Part shown: in pieces, positions 11,521-23,800 of the stretch
Position numbering within the stretch: position 1 is the first letter of the stretch
Layout: every line of letters begins with the position of its first letter
Assembly (NCBI GenBank): GCA_964016885.1
Contig: OZ024764.1
Location: forward strand, 18,600,001 to 18,664,000
Length of the DNA stretch: 64,000 bases
Direction: 5' to 3'
From: Eledone cirrhosa
Taxonomy: Eukaryota
Position numbers and translations under genes: made by a program
The notes under the pieces: generated by a model
The model's database searches: none
Told to the model about the DNA's origin: nothing
The model's input: only the letters and a program-made list of their open reading frames with translations

Positions 11521-14500
11521 TGACAAAAAGTCCCCAGTCCACACTGTAAAGTGGTCATGTAGGTATCATGACAAAAAGTACCCAGTCCACACTGTAAATT
11601 GGTCATGTAGGTGTCACAACAAAAAGTACCCAGTCCACCCTGTAAAGTGGTCATATAGGTGTCACAACAAAAAGTACCCAATCCACCCTGTAAAGTGGTC
11701 ATGTATGTGTCACAACAAAAAGTACCCAGTCCACACTGTAAAGTGGTCATGTAGGTGTCACAACAAAAAGTACCCAGTCCACACTGTAATGTGGTCATGT
11801 AGGTGTCACAACAAAATGTACTCAGTCCACACTGTAAAGTGGTCATGTAGGTGTCATAACAAAAAGTACCCAGTCCACACTGTAAAGTGGTTATGTAGGT
11901 GTCATAACCAAAAGTACCCAGTCCACACTGTAAAGTGGTCATGTAGGTGTCACAACAAAAAGTACTCAGTCCACACTGTCAAGTGGTCATGTAGGTGTCA
12001 CAACAAAAAGTACCTAGTCCACACTGTAAAGTGGTCATGTAGCTGTCACAACAAAAAGTACCCAGTCCACACTGTAATGTGGTCATGCAGGTTTCACAAC
12101 AAAAAGTACCCAGTCCACACTGTAATGTGGTCATATAGGTGTCACAACGAAAAGTACCCAGTCCACACTGTAAAGTGGTCATGTAGGTGTCACAACAAAA
12201 AGTACCCAGTCCACACTGTAAAGTGGACATGTAGGTGTCATGACAAAAAGTACCGAGTCCACACTGTAAAGTGGTCATGTATGTGTCACAACAAAAAGTA
12301 CCCAGTCCACACTTTAAAGTGGTCATGTAGGTGTCACAACAAAAAGTACCCAGTCCACACTGTAATGTGGTCATGCAGGTTTCACACCAAAAAGTACCCA
12401 GTCCACACTGTAATGTGGTCATATAGGTGTCACAACAAAAAGTACCCAGTCCACACTGTAAAGTGGTCATGTAGGTGTCACAACAAAAAGTACCCAGTCC
12501 ACACTGTAAAGTGGACATGTAGGTGTCACAACAAACAGCACCCAGTCCACATTGTAAAGTGGTCATGTAGGTGTCACAACAAAAAGTACCTAGTCCACAC
12601 TGTAAAGTGGTCATGTAGGTGTCACAACAAAAAGTACCCAGTCCACACTGTAATGTGGTCATGTAGGTGTCACAAGAAAAAGTACTCAGTCCACACTGTA
12701 AAGTGGTCATGTAGGTGTCAACGAAAAGTACCCAGTCCACGCTGTGAAGTGGTTATGTAGGTGTCATAACCAAAAGTACCCAGTCCACACTGTAAAGTGG
12801 TCATGTAGGTGTCACAACAAAAAGTACCCAGTCCACACTGTCAAGTGGTCATGTAGGTGTCACAACAAAAAGTACCTAGTCCACACTGTAAAGTGGTCAT
12901 GTAGGTGTCACAACAAAAAGTACCCACTCCACACTGTAAAGTGGTCATGTAGGTGTCACAACAAAAAGTACCCAGTCCACCCTGTAAAGTGGTCATATAG
13001 GTGTCACAACAAAAAGTACCCAGTCCACCCTGTAAAGTGGTCATGTATGTTTCACAACAAAAAGTACCCAGTCCACACTGTAAAGTGGTCATGTATGTGT
13101 CACAACAAAAAGTACCCAGTCCACACTTTAAAGTGGTCACGTAGGTGTCACAACAAACAGCATCCAGTCCACACTGTAAAGTGGTCATGTAGGTGTCACA
13201 ACAAAAAGTACCTAGTCCACACTGTAAAGTGGTCATGTAGGTGTCACAACAAAAAGTACCCAGTCCACACTGTAATGTGGTCATGTAGGTGTCACAAGAA
13301 AAAGTACTCAGTCCACACTGTAAAGTGGTCATGTAGGTGTCATAACGAAAAGTACCCAGTCCACACTGTAAAGTGGTTATGTAGGTGTCATAACCAAAAG
13401 TACCCAGTCCACACTGTAAAGTGGTCATGTAGGTGTCACAACAAAAAGTACCCAGTCCACACTGTCAAGTGGTCATGTAGGTGTCACAACAAAAAGTACC
13501 TAGTCCACACTGTAAAGTGGTCATGTAGCTGTCACAACAAAAAGTACCCAGTCCACACTGTAATGTGGTCATGCAGGTTTCACAACAAAAAGTACCCAGT
13601 CCACACTGTAATGTGGTCATATAGGTGTCACAACAAAAAGTACCCAGTCCACACTGTAAAGTGGTCATGTAGGTGTCACAACAAAAAGTACCCAGTCCAC
13701 ACTGTAAAGTGGACATGTAGGTGTCATGACAAAAAGTACCCAGTCCACATTGTAAAGTGGTCATGTAGGTGTCACAACAAAAAGTACCCAGTCCACACTG
13801 TAAAGTGGTCATGTAGGTGTCACAACAAAAAGTACCCAGTCCACCCTGTAAAGTGGTCATGTAGGTGTCACGACAAAAAGTATCCAGTCCACACTTTAAA
13901 GTGGTCGTGTAGGTGTCACAACAAAAGGTACCCAGTCCACACTGTAAAGTGGTCATGTAGGTGTCACAACAAAAAGTACCCAGTCCACACTGTAAAGTGG
14001 TCATGTAGGTGTTACAACAAACAGAACCTAGTCCACACTGTAAAGTGGTCATGTAGGTGTCACGACAAAAAGTACCCAGTCCACACTGTAAAGTGGTCAT
14101 GTAGGTGTCACGACAAAAAGTACCCAGTCCACACTGTAAAGTGGTCATGTAGGTGTCACAACAAACAGCACCCAGTCCACACTGTAAATTGGTCATGTAG
14201 GTGTCACAACAAAAAGTACCTAGTCCACACTGTAAAGTGGTCATGTAGGTGTCACAACAAAAAGTACCCAGTCCACACTGTAATGTGGTCATGTAGGTGT
14301 CACAAGAAAAAGTACTCAGTCCACACTGTAAAGTGGTCATGTAGGTGTCATAACAAAAAGTACCCAGTCCACACTGTAAAGTGGTTATGTAGGTGTCATA
14401 ACCAAAAGTACCCAGTCCACACTGTAAAGTGGTCATGTAGGTGTCACAACAAAAAGTACCCAGTCCACACTGTAAAGTGGTCATGTAGGTGTCACAACAA

Positions 14501-17500
14501 AAAGTACCCAGTCCACACTGTAAAGTGGTCATGTAGCTGTCACAACAAAAAGTAACCAGTCCACACTGTAATGTGGTCATGTAGGTTTCACAACAAAAAG
14601 TACCCAGTCCACACTGTAATGTGGTCATATAGGTGTCACAACAAAAAGTACCCAGTCCACACTGTAAAGTGGTCATGTAGGTGTCACAACAGAAAGTACC
14701 CAGTCCACACTGTAAAGTGGACATGTAGGTGTCATGACAAAAAGTACCCAGTCCACATTGTAAAGTGGTCATGTAGGTGTCACAACAAAAAGTACCCAGT
14801 CCACACTGTAAAGTGGTCATGTAGGTGTCACAACAAAAAGTACCCAGTCCACACTGTAAAGTAGTCATGTAGGTGTCACAACAAAAAGTACCCAGTCCAC
14901 ACTGTAAAGTGGTCATGTAGGTGTCACAACAAAATATACCCAGTCCACACTGTAAAGTGGTCATGTAGGTGTCACAACAAAAAGTACCCAGTCCACACTG
15001 TAAAGTGGTCATGTAGGTGTCACAACAAAAAGTACCCAGTCCACCCTGTAAAGTGGTCATATAGGTGTCACAACAAAAAGTACCCAGTCCACCCTGTAAA
15101 GTGGTCATGTATGTGTCACAACAAAAAGTACCCAGTCCACACTGTAAAGTGGTCATGTATGTGTCACAACAAAAGGTACCCAGTCCACACTTTAAAGTGG
15201 TCATGTAGGTGTCACAACAAAAAGTACCCAGTCCACACTGTAATGTGGTCATGCAGGTTTCACACCAAAAAGTACCCAGTCCACACTGTAATGTGGTCAT
15301 ATAGGTGTCACAACAAAAAGTACCCAGTCCACACTGTAAAGTGGTCATATAGGTGTCACAACAAAAAGTACCCAGTCCACACTGTAAAGTGGATATGTAG
15401 GTGTCATGACAAAAAGTACCCAGTCCACACTGTAAAGTGGTCATGTAGGTGTCACAACAAAAAGTACCCAGTCCACACTGTAAAGTGGTCATGTAGGTGT
15501 CACAACAAAAAGTACCCAGTCCACACTGTAAAGTGGTCATGTAGGTGTCACAACAAAAAGTACCCAATCTACACTGTAAAGTGGTCATGTAGGTGTCACA
15601 ACAAAATATACCCAGTCCACACTGTAAAGTGGTCATGTAGGTGTCACAACAAAAAGTACCCAGTCCACACTGTAAAGTGGTCATGTAGGTGTCACAACAA
15701 AAGGTACCCAGTCCACACTGTAAAGTGGTCATGTAGGTGTCACAACAAAAAGTACCCAGTCCACACTGTAAAGTGGTCATGTAGGTGTCATAACAAAAAG
15801 TACCCAGTCCACACTGTAAAGTGGTCAGGTAGGTGTCACAACAAAAAGTACCCAGTCCACACTGTAAAGTGGTCATGTAGTTGTCACAACAAAAAGTACC
15901 CAGTCCACACTGTAAAGTGGTCAGGTAGGTATCATGACAAAAAGTACCCAGTCCACACTGTAAAGTGGTCATGTAGGTATTATGACAAAAAGTACCCAGT
16001 CCACACTGTAAAGTGGTCATGTAGGTGTCACAACAAACAACACCCAGTCCACACTGTAAAGTGGTCATGTAGGTGTCACGACAAAAAGTACCCAGTCCAC
16101 ACTGTAAAGTGGTCATGTAGGTATCATGACAAAAAGTACCCAGTCCACCCTGTAAATTGGTCATGTAGGTGTCACAACAAAAAGTACCCAGTCCACACTG
16201 TAAAGTGGTCATGTAGCTGTCACAACAAAAAGTACCCAGTCCACACTGTAATGTGGTCATACAGGTGTCACAACAAAAAGTACCCAGTCCACACTGTAAA
16301 GTGGTCATGTAGGTGTCACAACAAAAAGTACCCAGTCCACACTGTAAAGTGGACATGTAGGTGTCATGACAAAAAGTACCCAGTCCACACTGTAAAGTGG
16401 TCATGTAGGTGTGTACAACAAAAAGTACCCAGTCCACACTGTAAAGTGGCCATGTAGGTGTCACAACAAAAAGTACCCAGTCCACACTGTAAAGTGGTCA
16501 TGTATGTGTCACAACAAAAAGTACCCAGTCCACACTGTAAAGTGGTCATGTAGGTGTCACAACAAAAAGTACCCAGTCCACACTGTAAAGTGGTCAGGTA
16601 GGTATCATGACAAAAAGTACCCAGTCCACACTGTAAAGTGGTCATGTAGGTATCATGACAAAAAGTACCCAGTCCACACTGTAAATTGGTCATGTAGGTG
16701 TCACAACAAAAAGTACCCAGTCCACCCTGTAAAGTGGTCATATAGGTGTCACAACAAAAAGTACCCAATCCACCCTGTAAAGGGGTCATGTATGTGTCAC
16801 AACAAAAAGTACCCAGTCCACACTGTAAAGTGGTCATGTAGGTGTCACAACAAAAAGTACCCAGTCCACACTGTAAAGTGGTCATGTAGCTGTAACAACA
16901 AAAAGTACCCAGTCCACACTGTAATGTGGTCATGCAGGTTTCACAACAAAAAGTACCCAGTCCACACTGTAATGTGATCATATAGGTGTCACAACAAAAA
17001 GTACCCAGTCCACACTATAAAGTGGTCATGTAGGTGTCACAACAAAAAGTACCCAGTCCACACTGTAAAGTGGACATGTAGGTGTCATGACAAAAAGTAC
17101 CCAGTCCACACTGTAAAGTGGTCATGTAGGTGTCACAACAAAAAGTACCCAGTCCACACTGTAAAGTGGTCATGTAGGTGTCACAACAAAAAGTACCCAG
17201 TCCACACTGTAAAGTTGTCATGTAGGTGTCACAACAAAAAGTACCCAGTCCACACTGTAAAGTGGTCATGTAGGTGTCACAACAAAATATACCCAGTCCA
17301 CACTGTAAAGTGGTCATGTAGGTGTCACAACAAAAAGTACCCAGTCCACACTGTAAAGTGGTCATGTACGTGTCACAACAAAAAGTACCCAGTCCACACT
17401 GTAAAGTGGTCACGTAGGTGTCACAACAAAATTACCCAGTCCACACTGTAAAGTGGTCATGTAGCTGTCATAACAAAAAGTACCCAGTCCACACTGTAAA

Positions 17501-20500
17501 GTGGTCAGGTAGGTGTCACAACAAAAAGTACCCAGTCCACACTGTAAAGTGGTCATGTAGGTGTCACAACAAACAGCACCCAGTCCACACTGTAAAGTGG
17601 TCATGTAGGTATCATGACAAAAATACCCAGTCCACCCTGTAAAGTGGTCATGTAGGTGTCACGACAAAAAGTACCCAGTCCACACTGTAAAGTGGTCATG
17701 TAGGTGTCACAACAAAAAGTACCCAGTCTACCCTGTAAAGTGGTCATGTAGGTGTCACGACAAAAAGTATCCAGTCCACACTGTAAAGTGGTCGTGTAGG
17801 TGTCACAACAAAAAGTACCCAGTCCACACTGTAAAGTGGTCATGTAGGTGTCACAACAAAAAGTACCCAGTCCACACTGTAAAGTGGTCATGTAGGTGTT
17901 ACAACAAACTGAACCCAGTCCACACTGTAAAGTGGTCATGTAGGTGTCACGACAAAAAGTACCCAGTCCACACTGTAAAGTGGTCATGTAGGTGTCACGA
18001 CAAAAAGTACCCAGTCCACACTGTAAAGTGGTCATGTAGGTGTCATGACAAAGAGTACCCAGTCCACACTGTAAAGTGGTCATGTAGGTGTCACAACAAA
18101 AAGTACCTAGTCCACACTGTAAAGTGGTCATGTAGGTGTCACAACAAAAAGTACCCAGTCCACACTGTAATGTGGTCATGTAGGTGTCACAAGAAAAAGT
18201 ACTCAGTCCACACTGTAAAGTGGTCATGTAGGTGTCATAACAAAAAGTACCCAGTCCACACTGTAAAGTGGTTATGTAGGTGTCATAACCAAAAGTACCC
18301 AGTCCACACTGTAAAGTGGTCATGTAGGTGTCACAACAAAAAGTACCCAGTCCACACTGTCAAGTGGTCATGTAGGTGTCACAACAAAAAGTACCTAGTC
18401 CACACTGTAAAGTGGTCATGTAGCTGTCACAACAAAAAGTACCCAGTCCACACTGTAATGTGGTCATCAGGTTTCACAACAAAAAGTACCGAGTCCACAT
18501 TGTAAAGTGGTCATATAGGTGTCACAACAAAAAGTACCCAGTCCACACTGTAAAGTGGTCATGTAGGTGTCACAACAAAAAGTACCCAGTCCACACTGTA
18601 AAGTGGACATGTAGGTGTCATGACAAAAAGTACCCAGTCCACATTGTAAAGTGGTCATGTAGGTGTCACAACAAAAAGTACCCAGTCCACACTGTAAAGT
18701 GGTCATGTAGGTGTCACAACAAAAAGTACCCAGTCCACACTGTAAAGTAGTCATGTAGGTGTCACATCAAAAAGTACCCAGTCCACACTGTAAAGTGGTC
18801 ATGAAGGTGTCACACCAAAAAGTACCCAGTCCACACTGTAATGTGGTCATATAGGTGTCACAATAAAAAGTACCCAGTCCACACTGTAAAGTGGTCATGT
18901 AGGTGTCACAACAAAAAGTACCCAGTCCACACTGTAAAGTGGACATGTAGGTGTCACAACAAACAGCACCCAGTCCACACTGTAAAGTGGTCATGTATGT
19001 GTCACAACAAAAAGTACCTAGTCCACACTGTAAAGTGGTCATGTAGGTGTCACAACAAAAAGTACCCAGTCCACACTGTAAAGTGGTCATATAGGTGTCA
19101 CAACAAAAAGTACCCAGTCCACCCTGTAAAGTGGTCATGTATGTGTCACAACAAAAAGAACCCAGTCCACACTGTAAAGTGGTCATGTATGTGTCACAAC
19201 AAAAAGTACCCAGTCCACACTTTAAAGTGGTAATGTAGGTGTCACAGCAAAAAGTACCCAGTCCACACTGTAATGTGGTCATGCAGGTTTCACACCAAAA
19301 AGTACCCAGTCCACACTGTAATGTGGTCATATAGGTGTCACAATAAAAAGTACCCAGTCCACACTGTAAAGTGGTCATGTAGGTGTCACAACAAAAAGTA
19401 CCCAGTCCACACTGTAAAGTGGACATGTAGGTGTCACAACAAACAGCACCCAGTCCACACTGTAAAGTGGTCATGTATGTGTCACAACAAAAAGTACCTA
19501 GTCCACACTGTAAAGTGGTCATGTAGGTGTCACAACAAAAAGTACCCAGTCCACACTGTAAAGTGGTCATGTAGGTGTCACAACAAAAAGTACCCAGTCG
19601 ACACTGTAAAGTGGTCATGTAGGTGTTACAACAAACAGAACCCAGTCCACACTGTAAAGTGGTCATATAGGTGTCACAACAAAAAGTACCCAGTCCACCC
19701 TGTAAAGTGGTCATGTATGTGACACAACAAAAAGTACCCAGTCCACACTGTAAAGTGGTCATGTATGTGTCACAACAAAAAGTACCCAGTCCACACTTTA
19801 AAGTGGTCATGTAGGTGTCACAACAAAAACTACCCAGTCCACACTGTAATGTGGTCATGCAGGTTTCACACCAAAAAGTACCCAGTCCACACTGTAATGT
19901 GGTCATATAGGTGTCACAACAAAAAGTACCCAGTCCACACTGTAAAGTGGTCATGTAGGTGTCACAACAAAAAGTACCCAGTCCACACTGTAAAGTGGAC
20001 ATGTAGGTGTCATGACAAAAAGTACCCAGTCCACACTGTAAAGTGGTCATGTAGGTGTCACAACAAAAAGTAACCAGTCCACACTGTAAAGTGGTCATGT
20101 AGGTGTCACAACAAAAAGTACCCAGTCCACACTGTAAAGTGGTCATGTAGGTGTCACAACAAAAAGTACCCAGTCCACCCTGTAAAGTGGTCATATAGGT
20201 GTCACAACAAAAAGTACCCAGTCCACCCTGTAAAGTGGTCATGTATGTGTCACAACAAAAAGAACCCAGTACACACTGTAAAGTGGTCATGTATGTGTCA
20301 CAACAAAAAGTACCCAGTCCACACTTTAAAGTGGTAATGTAGGTGTCACAGCAAAAAGTACCCAGTCCACACTGTAATGTGGTCATGCAGGTTTCACACC
20401 AAAAAGTACCCAGTCCACACTGTAATGTGGTCATATAGGTGTCACAATAAAAAGTACCCAGTCCACACTGTAAAGTGGTCATGTAGGTGTCACAACAAAA

Positions 20501-20810
20501 AGTACCCAGTCCACACTGTAAAGTGGACATGTAGGTGTCACAACAAACAGCACCCAGTCCACACTGTAAAGTGGTCATGTATGTGTCACAACAAAAAGTA
20601 CCTAGTCCACACTGTAAAGTGGTCATGTAGGTGTCACAACAAAAAGTACCCAGTCCACACTGTAAAGTGGTCATGTAGGTGTCACAACAAAAAGTACCCA
20701 GTCGACACTGTAAAGTGGTCATGTAGGTGTTACAACAAACAGAACCCAGTCCACACTGTAAAGTGGTCATATAGGTGTCACAACAAAAAGTACCCAGTAC
20801 ACACTGTAAA

Positions 20811-23800
20811 GTGGACATGTAGGTGTCATGACAAAAAGTACCCAGTCCACATTGTAAAGTGGTCATGTAGGTGTCACAACAAAAAGTACCCAGTCCACAC
20901 TGTAAAGTGGTCATGTAGGTGTCACAACAAAAAGTACCCAGTCCACACTGTAAAGTAGTCATGTAGGTGTCACATCAAAAAGTACCCAGTCCACACTGTA
21001 AAGTGGTCATGTAGGTGTCACAACAAAATATACCCAGTCCACACTGTAAAGTGGTCATGTAGGTGTCACAACAAAAAGTACCCAGTCCACACTGTAAAGT
21101 GGTCATGTAGGTGTCACAACAAAAAGTACCCAGTCCACCCTGTAAAGTGGTCATATAGGTGTCACAACAAAAAGTACCCAGTCCACCCTGTAAAGTGGTC
21201 ATGTATGTGTCACAACAAAAAGAACCCAGTCCACACTGTAAAGTGGTCATGTATGTGTCACAACAAAAAGTACCCAGTCCACACTTTAAAGTGGTAATGT
21301 AGGTGTCACAGCAAAAAGTACCCAGTCCACACTGTAATGTGGTCATGCAGGTTTCACACCAAAAAGTACCCAGTCCACACTGTAATGTGGTCATATAGGT
21401 GTCACAATAAAAAGTACCCAGTCCACACTGTAAAGTGGTCATGTAGGTGTCACAACAAAAAGTACCCAGTCCACACTGTAAAGTGGACATGTAGGTGTCA
21501 CAACAAACAGCACCCAGTCCACACTGTAAAGTGGTCATGTATGTGTCACAACAAAAAGTACCTAGTCCACACTGTAAAGTGGTCATGTAGGTGTCACAAC
21601 AAAAAGTACCCAGTCCACACTGTAAAGTGGTCATGTAGGTGTCACAACAAACAGAACCCAGTCCACACTGTAAAGTGGTCATATAGGTGTCACAACAAAA
21701 AGTACCCAGTCCACCCTGTAAAGTGGTCATGTATGTGACACAACAAAAAGTACCCAGTCCACACTGTAAAGTGGTCATGTATGTGTCACAACAAAAAGTA
21801 CCCAGTCCACACTTTAAAGTGGTCATGTAGGTGTCACAACAAAAACTACCCAGTCCACACTGTAATGTGGTCATGCAGGTTTCACACCAAAAAGTACCCA
21901 GTCCACACTGTAATGTGGTCATATAGGTGTCACAACAAAAAGTACCCAGTCCACACTGTAAAGTGGTCATGTAGGTGTCACAACAAAAAGTACCCAGTCC
22001 ACACTGTAAAGTGGACATGTAGGTGTCATGACAAAAAGTACCCAGTCCACACTGTAAAGTGGTCATGTAGGTGTCACAACAAAAAGTAACCAGTCCACAC
22101 TGTAAAGTGGTCATGTAGGTGTCACAACAAAAAGTACCCAGTCCACACTGTAAAGTGGTCATGTAGGTGTCACGACAAAAAGTACCCAGTCCACACTGTA
22201 AAGTGGTCATGTAGGTGTCACAACAAACAGCACCCAGTCCACACTGTAAAGTGGTCATGTAGGTGTCACAACAAAAAGTACCTAGTCCACACTGTAAAGT
22301 GGTCATGTAGGTGTCACAACAAAAAGTACCCAGTCCACACTGTAATGTGGTCATGTAGGTGTCACAAGAAAAAGTACTCAGTCCACACTGTAAAGTGGTC
22401 ACGTAGGTGTCATAACGAAAAGTACCCAGTCCACACTGTAAAGTGGTTATGTAAGTGTCATAACCAAAAGTACCCAGTCCACACTGTAAAGTGGTCATGT
22501 AGGTGTCACAACAAAAAGTACCCAGTCCACACTGTCAAGTGGTCATGTAGGTGTCACAACAAAAAGTACCCAGTCCACACTGTAAAGTAGTCATGTAGGT
22601 GTCACAACAAAAAGTACCCAGTCCACACTGTAAAGTGGTCATGTAGGTGTCACAACAAAATATACCCAGTGCACACTGTAAAGTGGTCATGTAGGTGTCA
22701 CAACAAAAAGTACCCAGTCCACACTGTAAAGTGGTCATGTAGGTGTCACAACAAAAAGTACCCAGTCCACCCTGTAAAGTGGTCATATAGGTGTCACAAC
22801 AAAAAGTACCCAGTCAACCCTGTAAAGTGGTCATGTATGTGTCACAACAAAAAGTACCCAGTCCACACTGTAAAGTGGTCATGTATGTGTCACAACAAAA
22901 AGTACCCAGTCCACACTTTAAAGTGGTCATGTAGGTGTCACAACAAAAAGTACCCAGTCCACACTGTAATGTGGTCATGCAGGTTTCACACCAAAAAGTA
23001 CCCAGTCCACACTGTAATGTGGTCATATAGGTGTCACAACAAAAAGTACCCAGTCCACACTGTAAAGTGGTCATGTAGGTGTCAATAAAAAGTACCCACT
23101 CCACACTGTCAAGTGGTCATGTAGGTGTTACAACAAAAAGTACCTAGTCCACACTGTAAAGTGGTCATGTAGCTGTCATGACAAAAAGTACCCAGTCCAC
23201 ACTGTAAAGTGGTCATGTAGGTGTCACAACAAAAAGTAACCAGTCCACACTGTAAAGTGGTCATGTAGGTGTCACAACAAAATGTACCCAGTCCACACTG
23301 TAATGTGGTCATGCAGGTTTCACAACAAAAAGTACCCAGTCCACACTGTAATGTGGTCATATAGGTGTCACAACAAAAAGTACCAAGTCCACACTGTAAA
23401 GTGGTCATGTAGGTGTCACAACAAAAAGTACCTAGTCCACACTGTAAAGTGGTCATGTAGCTGTCACAACAAAAAGTACCCAGTCCACACTGTAATGTGG
23501 TCATGCAGGTTTCACAACAAAAAGTACCCAGTCCACACTGTAATGTGGTCATATAGGTGTCACAACAAAAAGTACCCAGTCCACACTGTAAAGTGGTCAT
23601 GTAGGTGTCACAACAAAAAGTACCCAGTCCACACTGTAAAGTGGACATGTAGGTGTCATGACAAAAAGTACCCAGTCCACACTGTAAAGTGGTCATGTAG
23701 GTGTCACAACAAAAAGTACCCAGTCCACACTGTAAAGTGGTCATGTAGGTGTCACAACAAAAAGTACCCAGCCCCCACTGTAAAGTGGTCATGTAGGTGT

